IMG/VR virus record: IMGVR_UViG_3300024054_000269
Coordinates: 96,001 to 160,000 of that record
DNA: 64,000 nt
Reading direction: 5' to 3' (one strand)
DNA from: a virus
Shown here: positions 55,651-63,897 of the stretch, in pieces
Layout of the letters: every line of letters starts with the position of its first letter
How positions within the stretch are numbered: the stretch's first letter is position 1
Notes under the pieces: model-generated
Seen by the model: only the letters and a program-made list of their open reading frames with translations
The model's database searches: none
Told to the model about the DNA's origin: nothing
Position numbers and translations under genes: made by a program

Positions 55651-56087
55651 TCAACGATCTCATTTGAAATTACACTACCGTTATCTTTTTTCTTATTCCA
55701 ATATCCGACCGGAGGCGTGTTGATGTTTAATTTTTTGCATCTACGTCTTAGTGTCAAAATTGAAACGCCAATTTCTTTAGCAGCTTCATGCATTGGTTTT
55801 GACCAAATTAACTTATGCAAATCAATTGGTTCAACTTGGACAGCCAAGGCATTTGGTGGTTCATCATTTAATACAACATCTTGTGCTTCTTTAGTTACAC
55901 CAAATTTTGGTAATTTTTGAAATATTTTTGATCGTTCCTTTTCTCCAATTTTTTCAGGCCTTTGAAAAATTGGGTTACTACAAATTATAGAATGCCAATG
56001 TATGCAATTTATGCAATGAGATAAACTACAACCACAACATGTAATAAAATCAGTTTCTTTCTTACATCTGCTGCAAAACATAAACAA
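55644..56087 (-). CDS. Zn-finger plus HTH DNA-binding protein
   Basis: CSRC...CCGC..CINC; LIWSKPM.EAAKEIGVS..TLRRRCKKL.I..PP.GYW. Confidence 0.7.
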   Translation of the reverse strand: MFMFCSRCKKETDFITCCGCSLSHCINCIHWHSIICSNPIFQRPEKIGEKERSKIFQKLPKFGVTKEAQDVVLNDEPPNALAVQVEPIDLHKLIWSKPMHEAAKEIGVSILTLRRRCKKLNINTPPVGYWNKKKDNGSVISNEIVDW

Positions 56088-56095
56088 CCGTACGT

Positions 56096-56383
56096 TTATA
56101 TTTTGTTGGTTTTCACAACCAAATCACACCATTCGGCAATAATGTCGCCGTGGCATGCTTGTGGTGAACAGTAACAACCAAGCGTTTTGTTTGAACAAGT
56201 TTTATAAACTAATTTAGCAAACGAATGATCAGAGTTTATTTTTTCATAAAACCAAATTCTGTATTTGTCTATAACTTCCTGACGATTTCCGTCTTTACCA
56301 ATTATGAACTTGTTGCCAAATGGTCCAGGTCTACCAATGTAAATATCGTACTTCTCACGACGCAGATTGACAACTTTGGTCAT
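56096..56383 (-). CDS. DUF4326-family protein
   Basis: YIGRPGPFGNKF...KY..W...LGCYCSP..CHGDII. Confidence 0.85.
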   Translation of the reverse strand: MTKVVNLRREKYDIYIGRPGPFGNKFIIGKDGNRQEVIDKYRIWFYEKINSDHSFAKLVYKTCSNKTLGCYCSPQACHGDIIAEWCDLVVKTNKI

Positions 56384-56850
56384 GAATCTATCACATCAGA
56401 AGTGGTCAAACAGTTTGTTATTTCTGAGACCATTTTTTGTATTTGGTATGCATCAATTCCCTTATTTAGTAAGGATCTTATTGTTGTTGAAAGTTTTAGT
56501 GTCAGTTCAGGAACCTGAGAAGAAGTTGCGAAATTGTTAACATTATCGGTAAATTGAACCATAAACTCATATGGTGATTTAACATACCACAAATGTAAAT
56601 CTTCACCAATTAAACAAGCCATAATATGGCTACGTGTGTTTAATGGGTTTACAGCTTCAACGAATCTTTTTATTGAAACCTGATCACCATTGGCAGCTTT
56701 TATGATAGATCTTTTCGTTAGCTTCTTTTGGAAGATTTTTATTATCGCGTCAGGTTTTGGATCAATTTTTCGTTTGTAACCAGAACTTAACAATGATCTC
56801 GCCCGATTTAACCCAACAACATCTGATAACATGAAAAAATGAAGATTCAT
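56380..56850 (-). CDS. protein with shared C-terminal motif
   Basis: Ends ITNCLTTSDVIDS. Confidence 0.6.
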   Translation of the reverse strand: MNLHFFMLSDVVGLNRARSLLSSGYKRKIDPKPDAIIKIFQKKLTKRSIIKAANGDQVSIKRFVEAVNPLNTRSHIMACLIGEDLHLWYVKSPYEFMVQFTDNVNNFATSSQVPELTLKLSTTIRSLLNKGIDAYQIQKMVSEITNCLTTSDVIDS

Positions 56851-57443
56851 GGTTGATTATCTATCAAGTTCAATATATAATCATTTGGTTCTTCAACAAC
56901 ACTCAATGGTCCAATTTTCTTTATATTATCGTTTGGAATATTATTCATGTCTATATCTTTTAAACTTACAAAACCAACAAACATTCTATCTAATATTAAA
57001 TTTCGATTTTTCAAATTTTGAAACATATTTGAAGTACCAGAAACAAAACTCAATGGATTGAATACAATATCAAATTCAATGTTATCTGGAGGTGGGTAAC
57101 CGAATTCCAATTGGAATCTGATTTTCCATCTTTCAACGGATTTTTCAAGTTTTGGCATCAAGACTAACGCGTATTTACCGTCTTTAGAAAACATATATAA
57201 ATCAAACCACAAAGAAGGATCATTTTCTGACCATTCTATTAAATGTTCAGAAAGTTTATCGGCTTCATCATATACCAAAACTGGCATGACATGCCCATTG
57301 TCGTCAGATACCCATACGCAAGCTTGTGCTGATACAGGGTATTCCATGTGTTCTTTGATGAAATTTGACAATTCTTCATTAGTGGTTGGATAGTCTCTAT
57401 ACCTAAGTTTTGGCATATAAGATACCAATATTATTTGATTCAT
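56847..57443 (-). CDS. hypothetical protein
   Basis: 198 aa; TGTAAT box 7 nt upstream. Confidence 0.6.
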   Translation of the reverse strand: MNQIILVSYMPKLRYRDYPTTNEELSNFIKEHMEYPVSAQACVWVSDDNGHVMPVLVYDEADKLSEHLIEWSENDPSLWFDLYMFSKDGKYALVLMPKLEKSVERWKIRFQLEFGYPPPDNIEFDIVFNPLSFVSGTSNMFQNLKNRNLILDRMFVGFVSLKDIDMNNIPNDNIKKIGPLSVVEEPNDYILNLIDNQP

Positions 57444-57450
57444 ATTTGAA

Positions 57451-57456
57451 ATTACA
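57451..57456 (-). promoter_or_regulatory. TGTAAT -10-like box
   Basis: GTGTAATTTCAAAT-ATG; the same 12-mer recurs at 55662-55673 and in tandem at 59508-59531. Confidence 0.55.
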
Positions 57457-57461
57457 CTAAT

Positions 57462-57647
57462 CTAGTTAAATTTAGACTCAGACACAATATTATTAATCCT
57501 TTTCTCTAATTTAGACCACATTTTAAAATGTGGATGACCTTCATCACAATCAGACGGATGTGTACACGTTTCGCAATTTTTTGTTACATCAAAGAATAAC
57601 TTTAAATCTTTGATCAATTGAATCAGTAATTTTTCACGTGATATCAT
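57462..57647 (-). CDS. hypothetical protein
   Basis: 61 aa, CETC..C..H. Confidence 0.4.
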   Translation of the reverse strand: MISREKLLIQLIKDLKLFFDVTKNCETCTHPSDCDEGHPHFKMWSKLEKRINNIVSESKFN

Positions 57648-57907
57648 CGTGAATTTGGTAGTAAAGGTAAAAAACGTTTTCTTTGTGTTTTTGACCTATC
57701 AGTATTAGCCTTCTTACATGGATCGCACCGGCAACCTTTTCTATAACTACCATACGTTCCGTGTTCCTTAACAGAATTTCGCTCTCTTGAGTAAAATGCA
57801 ACACAATGAGAACGACAGCAAAACACACGAACCCCGTGTATTTGTCGCCTCTCTCTTTTAAACTTTCTACCACAAAGGGCACATTCTACATCAAGAACAG
57901 TTGTCAT
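57644..57907 (-). CDS. Zn-finger protein
   Basis: CALCG..F...FCCRSHC...HGT...Y..GCRC..C. Confidence 0.6.
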   Translation of the reverse strand: MTTVLDVECALCGRKFKRERRQIHGVRVFCCRSHCVAFYSRERNSVKEHGTYGSYRKGCRCDPCKKANTDRSKTQRKRFLPLLPNSR

Positions 57908-57910
57908 TTG

Positions 57911-58180
57911 TTATGGTTCTGCAAAAGCAGGACATTTATAACCACAATATTTACATCCGACTTCGCGGTTGTCTTCGTATGGATCAAAATGTTTTTCATA
58001 CGCATGACCACAACCACGGCGAGCGCATTCAACAAATTGGTTGTGGCTGTGATCTAGTTTTCTTTTTCCGTATCCAAGACCGCACAATGCTTCATACAAT
58101 TTCTGCTGATCAAATTGATCGCCGTTCCTATAAGCATCGCAGAATTCATATAAAACTAATTCTTCATGAAATTCCATCAC
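57911..58180 (-). CDS. small Cys/His-rich protein
   Basis: C.RRGCGH.YEKH...GCKYCG.C..F. Confidence 0.55.
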   Translation of the reverse strand: MMEFHEELVLYEFCDAYRNGDQFDQQKLYEALCGLGYGKRKLDHSHNQFVECARRGCGHAYEKHFDPYEDNREVGCKYCGYKCPAFAEP

Positions 58181-58587
58181 CAGTCACTCCCATAGCCGTC
58201 ATCGTGGTTGCGACGTCGTTTGTTCTTCTTTTTAAATTTTCTTGGCTCAGATTCACTACTGGTCGGTGGCGGTGAAAATTGACTCTGTCCAAATGACTGT
58301 CTATTATTTTGAAAATTTGGTCTAGGTCCTGATTTATCTCTCTCTTTTGCTTCACTAACTCTCATAGACCTTCCGTCAATTTCTCTTCCATCTAATGCCA
58401 ATATAGCTGATTGTGCCTCTGCGTCAGAACCAAGCGTAACGAACGCAAAACCTTTTGACCTTCCAGTTTCACGATCAATTATTACGTCAATTCTTTTTAC
58501 AGTTCTTCCATCTTCGGAAAAAACCGATCTCAACGTGAGCTCGGTCGTGTTATATGATAAATTGCCTACGTATACTCTATCACCCAT
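58177..58587 (-). CDS. RRM RNA-binding protein
   Basis: RNP2 VYVGNLSY, RNP1 RSKGFAFV, LDGREIDGR.MRV.EA. Confidence 0.92.
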   Translation of the reverse strand: MGDRVYVGNLSYNTTELTLRSVFSEDGRTVKRIDVIIDRETGRSKGFAFVTLGSDAEAQSAILALDGREIDGRSMRVSEAKERDKSGPRPNFQNNRQSFGQSQFSPPPTSSESEPRKFKKKNKRRRNHDDGYGSDW

Positions 58588-58598
58588 TTTATGACATC

Positions 58599-59183
58599 CT
58601 ATGTTTTATGTTCTTCATGAAGATCGACATTTGTCAATTCTTCGTCATCTTTTGGTAGAACCGTAACAACGAATGGAACGCATCCTACTCCGTCTCGTTT
58701 TATAACAAACATACAACCGGACGGAGACATCCATAATTCGTCCCCGTGTTTTGATTTCTGATTAATTCTTTTAGATTCATAAACCAACTCTCTGATTTTA
58801 ATTTCTGCTTCATTCCTTGATAGATTAGGTTCCCACCTTTTGATATACCTATCAACGGCATGATCAGCTATATCAATTTCACCTTTTCCAAGTCTTCCGC
58901 GTCTTTTTGAATCTAGTGAAGTTTTACTCTTTTTTGGCGGTTTATATTTACCTATGTATTTCGGCGGACGAGAATTCTTCATTAATCTTGCATATGATAG
59001 TCTTAAATCAGGGGCAAATCTCAAATTGAAAGCTGCCTTTGGCCCGCCAGATAAAAGTTTGTGCATCACTTTTTTAAGAAGTGACGGGTCAGCTGAGGCA
59101 AGATATGAAAGTTTATTCATCTCTTCTTTCGAGAGATTATCTTCACAGCATTTATCAACTAATTTTTTCAGTTCATCGTTCAA
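58599..59183 (-). CDS. hypothetical protein
   Basis: C-terminal IADHAVDRYIKRW (RelE-like fold possible). Confidence 0.5.
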   Translation of the reverse strand: MNDELKKLVDKCCEDNLSKEEMNKLSYLASADPSLLKKVMHKLLSGGPKAAFNLRFAPDLRLSYARLMKNSRPPKYIGKYKPPKKSKTSLDSKRRGRLGKGEIDIADHAVDRYIKRWEPNLSRNEAEIKIRELVYESKRINQKSKHGDELWMSPSGCMFVIKRDGVGCVPFVVTVLPKDDEELTNVDLHEEHKT

Positions 59184-59509
59184 CTTTCCACCAGACTTTG
59201 AATCTTTAAAAGATCTAAATCAGTCATTAAATCTGATATATTATAATTACCATATTCGTGTATTATTTTGAATTCATAGCCCACCTGACCAAATCCAACT
59301 ACAAATTTTGACGTTGACGTTGGTGCGCACGCATCTTCTTGAAATTCACCTTCCCATCCATCAATTATTTTATGTTTTTTTAGTTTATCAAGAACTAATT
59401 TAATTCTATTGTTCACATGTTCATGTGCAACATTCATTTCAATAAGTTTCAAAATGTTGTTCAGAATGGCCTCGTATGCAATTAATCTTTTCTCTATTAA
59501 ATTCAACAT
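59180..59509 (-). CDS. small protein with shared C-terminal motif
   Basis: Ends DLDLLKIQSLVES. Confidence 0.6.
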   Translation of the reverse strand: MLNLIEKRLIAYEAILNNILKLIEMNVAHEHVNNRIKLVLDKLKKHKIIDGWEGEFQEDACAPTSTSKFVVGFGQVGYEFKIIHEYGNYNISDLMTDLDLLKIQSLVES

Positions 59510-59624
59510 TTGAAATTACATTTGAAATTACAACACAGGCAGAAAAAATTTCCAAATCAATATCATTTGGCCAATTTGAACTACCACTATAAGGGATTAC
59601 TTCAACATCCGAATGCAAACACAT

Positions 59625-59909
59625 TTAATCTATCCTATTATCCAAGTCGTAGAGGATGCTTAATAAACTATCAAATGATATACTGTCAATATTTGGTAAA
59701 CAAATATTGTCAATCCCATCAATTTTGAGCGAACAATTATGTTTGTTTATTATTAAAACAAAATCACGTTTAACACTAGGCGTAATTAACTCGAATGATT
59801 TCGAAATTGGTGCTGAAATTTTGTTCTCATTTATTAAGTTAATAATAGTTTCAGACATGGATTTAATTATTTCATTTTGGTCATCTTCAACACGCAGAAC
59901 ATATTTCAT
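59625..59909 (-). CDS. hypothetical protein
   Basis: 94 aa coupled ORF. Confidence 0.45.
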   Translation of the reverse strand: MKYVLRVEDDQNEIIKSMSETIINLINENKISAPISKSFELITPSVKRDFVLIINKHNCSLKIDGIDNICLPNIDSISFDSLLSILYDLDNRID

Positions 59910-60283
59910 GTATACAACATCTCCATAGTTTTATGTTCGTCAATTTTCTGCTTCAGTTTATCAACTAACAAATAATAAAAGGTCTCATGATTTAATTCAG
60001 TTAAATTATGTACAACAACGTAAGCTTCAGATATTGGAGTTACGTACAATCTCCAACCATTACTATGTCTTTCTTTAGCAAAAACATACAAATCGCCATG
60101 ATATGGGGTCGACGTTTCACTGAATCTAAACATAATTGACGTTCTATCAACTCTTACATGTTTAGGCTTAAGGTACTTGGATAATCTTTCACTATATGGA
60201 TTATATGGATCAACCCATCCAATTTCTCTTAACACACTCTTCAAATACTCAAGCTGAAGCTCCTTGGCAGTCAGTTCCATCAT
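59906..60283 (-). CDS. small protein with shared C-terminal motif
   Basis: GGAGG SD; ends KIDEHKTMEMLYT. Confidence 0.6.
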   Translation of the reverse strand: MMELTAKELQLEYLKSVLREIGWVDPYNPYSERLSKYLKPKHVRVDRTSIMFRFSETSTPYHGDLYVFAKERHSNGWRLYVTPISEAYVVVHNLTELNHETFYYLLVDKLKQKIDEHKTMEMLYT

Positions 60284-60383
60284 TGTTTCCTCCGATAACT
60301 GCGGAGGCAGGAGGACCTCTTATTCTGGTCATCATATATAACATTACACTCTTACAAAACGATTTGCAGATGTAATGTATATT

Positions 60384-60746
60384 ATGCTAGTTGAGGGGTT
60401 CCAAAAATTATGGGGTAAAATAAATAACCCAAGTTCAGGTTCCCCAGATGTCTCAATTGGTGATATCTTAACGTTGATGGCAAAAATACTATCTGAGTAT
60501 GATAACAGAAACTTAGAGCCTATCGATAAATGGGTGTTAGCTTATTTAAATATTACAAACGGTTCTGCCAAAATGGATATCGTATTTTCTTGGCAGGACG
60601 CTGCAATTGGTCCAACTTATGGTATGCCATTTGATGAATTAGAAAAAAGAAGACATGAAGAATCAAAAAATATTAATAAAGCTGTGAAGAAATTAATTAA
60701 TTCAAAATTAATAAAACTTGAAAGCGAAAAACTTTGTCTGGTGTAG
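60384..60746 (+). CDS. hypothetical protein
   Basis: ATG 60384 lies 7 nt after TGTAAT (ORF track start 60375). Confidence 0.5.
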   Translation: MLVEGFQKLWGKINNPSSGSPDVSIGDILTLMAKILSEYDNRNLEPIDKWVLAYLNITNGSAKMDIVFSWQDAAIGPTYGMPFDELEKRRHEESKNINKAVKKLINSKLIKLESEKLCLV

Positions 60747-61054
60747 ACCTAGAAATTTATGATGCAATAGTTAATGAAATACAAGAAAAGTCCGATCCGA
60801 ATAGTAAGGGAAAGTCAAAAACTAATTTAATTGAAGCAATTTTTACTGACGACATTAATCTGTTTAATCATTTCGAATTGAATGGAGTTGCCTTCATACT
60901 TGCCATCAATACATCAACCAATGATGTGTATTATATAGTTGATAATGAAACTGGTAAATCGATAGATGTAGACATGTCAATAAAAGAATTCACTGGGAAT
61001 GACCTGAAACGAAAAATAGAAGAACTCTTAGCACTTGAGGTTGTAGAATCATGA
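60734..61054 (+). CDS. small protein with shared C-terminal motif
   Basis: Ends KIEELLALEVVES. Confidence 0.6.
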   Translation: MSGVDLEIYDAIVNEIQEKSDPNSKGKSKTNLIEAIFTDDINLFNHFELNGVAFILAINTSTNDVYYIVDNETGKSIDVDMSIKEFTGNDLKRKIEELLALEVVES

Positions 61055-61081
61055 AATCAGACAAATCACGACGAGAGAATA

Positions 61082-61672
61082 ATGGAAATTTATATAAGCA
61101 CGGATGTTGAGACAGATGGGCCGATACCTGGCCCAAATTCAATGCTAAGCCTCGGGGCAGCAGCATTTAAAAACTATGAACTTATAGGAACATTTTCGGT
61201 CAATCTGAGCCCTTTACCCGGGGCGTCGCCAGATCCAAACACAGAAGCTTGGTGGAAACAACAACCAAAAGAAATATACAATGCATGCAGGACTGATCAA
61301 AAGCCGCCGGAAGAGGCAATGAAACAGTATGTAGATTGGGTGTTGTCTTTTATTAATAGGCGAGACGGAACTAAACCGGTATTTGTAGGTTATCCAGCAA
61401 CTTTTGATTTTCTTTTCGTTTATTGGTATCTTATCAAATTTGTCGGTTCATCCCCATTCAGTTTTTCAGCTCTAGACATTAAGTCTTATGCTATGGCTAT
61501 GTTAGGTTCCGAGTACGGAAAATCAACAAAGAAGAACATGCCAAAAAGATGGTTCAATAATTTACCTCCACATACACACAAAGCCGTTGATGACGCAATC
61601 GAACAAGGTTATCTGTTTATGAACATACTTAAAGATAATAAAATGGCGCAGCGCGTGCAGGGCACCGGCTAA
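61082..61672 (+). CDS. DEDDh 3'-5' exonuclease (Rv2179c-like)
   Basis: [17 protein letters not shown]...FD..F..Y...HTH.A.DDAIEQ. Confidence 0.85.
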   Translation: MEIYISTDVETDGPIPGPNSMLSLGAAAFKNYELIGTFSVNLSPLPGASPDPNTEAWWKQQPKEIYNACRTDQKPPEEAMKQYVDWVLSFINRRDGTKPVFVGYPATFDFLFVYWYLIKFVGSSPFSFSALDIKSYAMAMLGSEYGKSTKKNMPKRWFNNLPPHTHKAVDDAIEQGYLFMNILKDNKMAQRVQGTG

Positions 61673-62086
61673 GCAGATGGTATACCGCGCCCGCACCGAA
61701 CTGGGGAGGAAGCCATGAGCGAGCATCGAGACGGCGCCCAGCGTATCGCAGCCGAACGCGCTAGGCAGAAGGGCGCCGAGGGCTGGTCGGACGAGCACGA
61801 CTCCGCCCACGACAACGGAGAGCTTGCGTGGGCCGCAGTGTGTTACGCGGCGCCGAAGGCGGTCTACGTGGAGCGCCGCGGCCAGGATTTGGTCACGTTT
61901 GCGGACCCCTGGCCGTGGGAGCCGAGCGACGACAAGCGAGTGCGCCCCTACGGCACCCTGAAAGAGCCCACCGAGCAGCGCATACGCCAGCTCGAAAAGG
62001 CCGGGGCGCTCATCGCGGCTGAGATTGACCGACTGCTACGGGATGCCGGCCATGTCTGAGACGAGTAAGCGGGTGTTGGCATGGAC
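61643..62086. other. high-GC horizontally acquired segment
   Basis: About 67% GC by hand count of part of it, against about 30% flanks; sharp borders. Confidence 0.85.
61715..62059 (+). CDS. phage hypothetical protein (high GC)
   Basis: IAAERARQ...EGW..EHD..H..GELA.AA.CYA...WPW...R...L.KAGALI.AEI.RL; GGAGG SD. Confidence 0.8.
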   Translation: MSEHRDGAQRIAAERARQKGAEGWSDEHDSAHDNGELAWAAVCYAAPKAVYVERRGQDLVTFADPWPWEPSDDKRVRPYGTLKEPTEQRIRQLEKAGALIAAEIDRLLRDAGHV

Positions 62087-62092
62087 ATCTAT

Positions 62093-62494
62093 CTAAGACT
62101 CAATAATTTCTCTAGTTTTTAATTCATTAATTGCTTTCATCAGCGATTCTTTTGTCAAATAATTGAATGAAATACACATACTAGACGAACCAAATATAAA
62201 CGAATTTAATCTACCGATCCCTAAAAAGTATTTTCTTACTTTCTTGTTTCCGTTTCTTTTAATTCTATGTTCGACTACCATAAAATATTCAATATAATTA
62301 AATTCAAAATTGCACACAAAAAAATCTTCACCTATATCAACTTCAACTAAATCACAATAATCGAATTGTTCCGCTCTGTTTAAAAACACTTTAGTTTTTC
62401 TAATACCGAAAAATTCCTTAGAAACACTAATACAAGTTTTAAATTTGATTTCATGCGAAATACGCTTCAATTGTTCTAAGTCTTGTTCTTTCAT
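62093..62494 (-). CDS. small protein with shared C-terminal motif
   Basis: Ends AINELKTREIIES. Confidence 0.6.
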   Translation of the reverse strand: MKEQDLEQLKRISHEIKFKTCISVSKEFFGIRKTKVFLNRAEQFDYCDLVEVDIGEDFFVCNFEFNYIEYFMVVEHRIKRNGNKKVRKYFLGIGRLNSFIFGSSSMCISFNYLTKESLMKAINELKTREIIES

Positions 62495-62820
62495 TACGAT
62501 TCCACAACATCCCTTGTGTACATAGAAACTATAGCATTATACAAATCAGTTGCGGTTATTTCCTTGAATGAAATATAAATTCGAAACTCATCACTAACAT
62601 CATCACGTAAAACTACGTGATTTTTACAATCTTTGATAACTAGTGTTCTTCCATTTGCATGGTCACCGTCAAAACTGAATTTAAACATGTAATTTTGTTC
62701 ACCATGAATTTGATTCTTGATTATTAACCCTTTCAAAAATTGACCAGTGTATCCGGAATTGTATGCAATAATCTCAATTAATACATCGCTAAGGTAATTA
62801 ATTAGTTTCTGATATCCCAC
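62494..62820 (-). CDS. small protein with shared C-terminal motif
   Basis: Ends AIVSMYTRDVVES; TGTAAT box 8 nt upstream. Confidence 0.6.
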   Translation of the reverse strand: MGYQKLINYLSDVLIEIIAYNSGYTGQFLKGLIIKNQIHGEQNYMFKFSFDGDHANGRTLVIKDCKNHVVLRDDVSDEFRIYISFKEITATDLYNAIVSMYTRDVVES

Positions 62821-62840
62821 AAATTAACATTACATTTGTA

Positions 62841-63056
62841 TTGTCAATAATGGAAATTGAAGACACTATAGGGAAACCAAGACCACATAAAGATGTGCTA
62901 GATGCATTGAAATGTATTGAACAAGAAATGATGTTAAATCCTCTTGCAATGTCTAAGAAAAGCGGGCCATTGCTTATTCATTATTCAGTAATCAGAGATT
63001 GTTTAAATGAACTTCTTGTCCTACGAGAATCAATTAAACGTGCGGAGATAAAATGA
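62841..63056 (+). CDS. hypothetical protein
   Basis: 71 aa; likely ATG 62850. Confidence 0.45.
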   Translation: MSIMEIEDTIGKPRPHKDVLDALKCIEQEMMLNPLAMSKKSGPLLIHYSVIRDCLNELLVLRESIKRAEIK

Positions 63057-63301
63057 CGTCTGAAGTTATTGAATGGTCAAAAATTGGGGATGATATCAAA
63101 ATAACGGTTTCCTTTTCAAAAGGAAATCGCTCAGAAACAAATACATACAGAGGACAATGCACAGTTTGGCACGAATATCCAAGCGGTAAGAGAGCAAGCT
63201 TAGAAATCGAAGAAGTTTTATCTGAGTATTGGGTGTTGATTAAATGGAACGAAGACAAATCATTGATTGGCAAAGAAAAGATAACAAAATTTAATGCTTA
63301 A
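63053..63301 (+). CDS. hypothetical protein
   Basis: 82 aa coupled ORF. Confidence 0.5.
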   Translation: MTSEVIEWSKIGDDIKITVSFSKGNRSETNTYRGQCTVWHEYPSGKRASLEIEEVLSEYWVLIKWNEDKSLIGKEKITKFNA

Positions 63302-63897
63302 GGAACATTGTTTAATTTCATAATTTCATGATGTTTAGTTTCATCCCAATCTTTGGTTGAATGTCCGATTATTAAATGGTTAAGTTCATGTTGAAACGCC
63401 GTCTCCTTTAATGGCACATTCTTCTCTTTATAACCGACTATCATGTCATAACCATTTGGAATTGTGTAACCAGCTATCGGTTTAACTTTTATCCCACGAA
63501 CTCTAGTTATAGGACCGGGTTGAAAATGAACCCAAATTATGTTTTTCGAAATTATTTCTTCAGGTTTATAACTTTCAACTTTAGACCATACGTCAATCAT
63601 TTCTTTAACTAAATCATCAAGTCCGGATGAATCGCCGTTCCAGCCGTCAGGGTTCAACATGAATCCATATTTAGAAAACCATTTGAATTTGTCTAGCGAT
63701 TTTTTCCTGGCTCTGACAAACATAATATAAATTGCAAAAAACGCGGCTGACGTCACATAAGTTCCATATATAGCTTGCTTTGGCGTTCCATCAACTGAGT
63801 ATTTGTGAAAATAAATAGCTACAACTAATGATAGAACAGCGATTAAACCGAAAGTTAGCGCATCTATCCACCTAAACCAATGCGGTTTCTTTTTCAT
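63298..63897 (-). CDS. membrane-anchored HExxH putative metalloprotease
   Basis: Two N-terminal TM helices; AFQHELNHLII. Confidence 0.55.
   Translation of the reverse strand: MKKKPHWFRWIDALTFGLIAVLSLVVAIYFHKYSVDGTPKQAIYGTYVTSAAFFAIYIMFVRARKKSLDKFKWFSKYGFMLNPDGWNGDSSGLDDLVKEMIDVWSKVESYKPEEIISKNIIWVHFQPGPITRVRGIKVKPIAGYTIPNGYDMIVGYKEKNVPLKETAFQHELNHLIIGHSTKDWDETKHHEIMKLNNVP

Noticed and set aside
508-62494. C-terminal motif explained as a Shine-Dalgarno (GAG GT = E-V) for the next gene
   Set aside because: Could contribute in a few coupled cases, but the motif also ends convergent genes with no downstream partner, often lacks GAGG, and extends to position -7 with synonymous variation.
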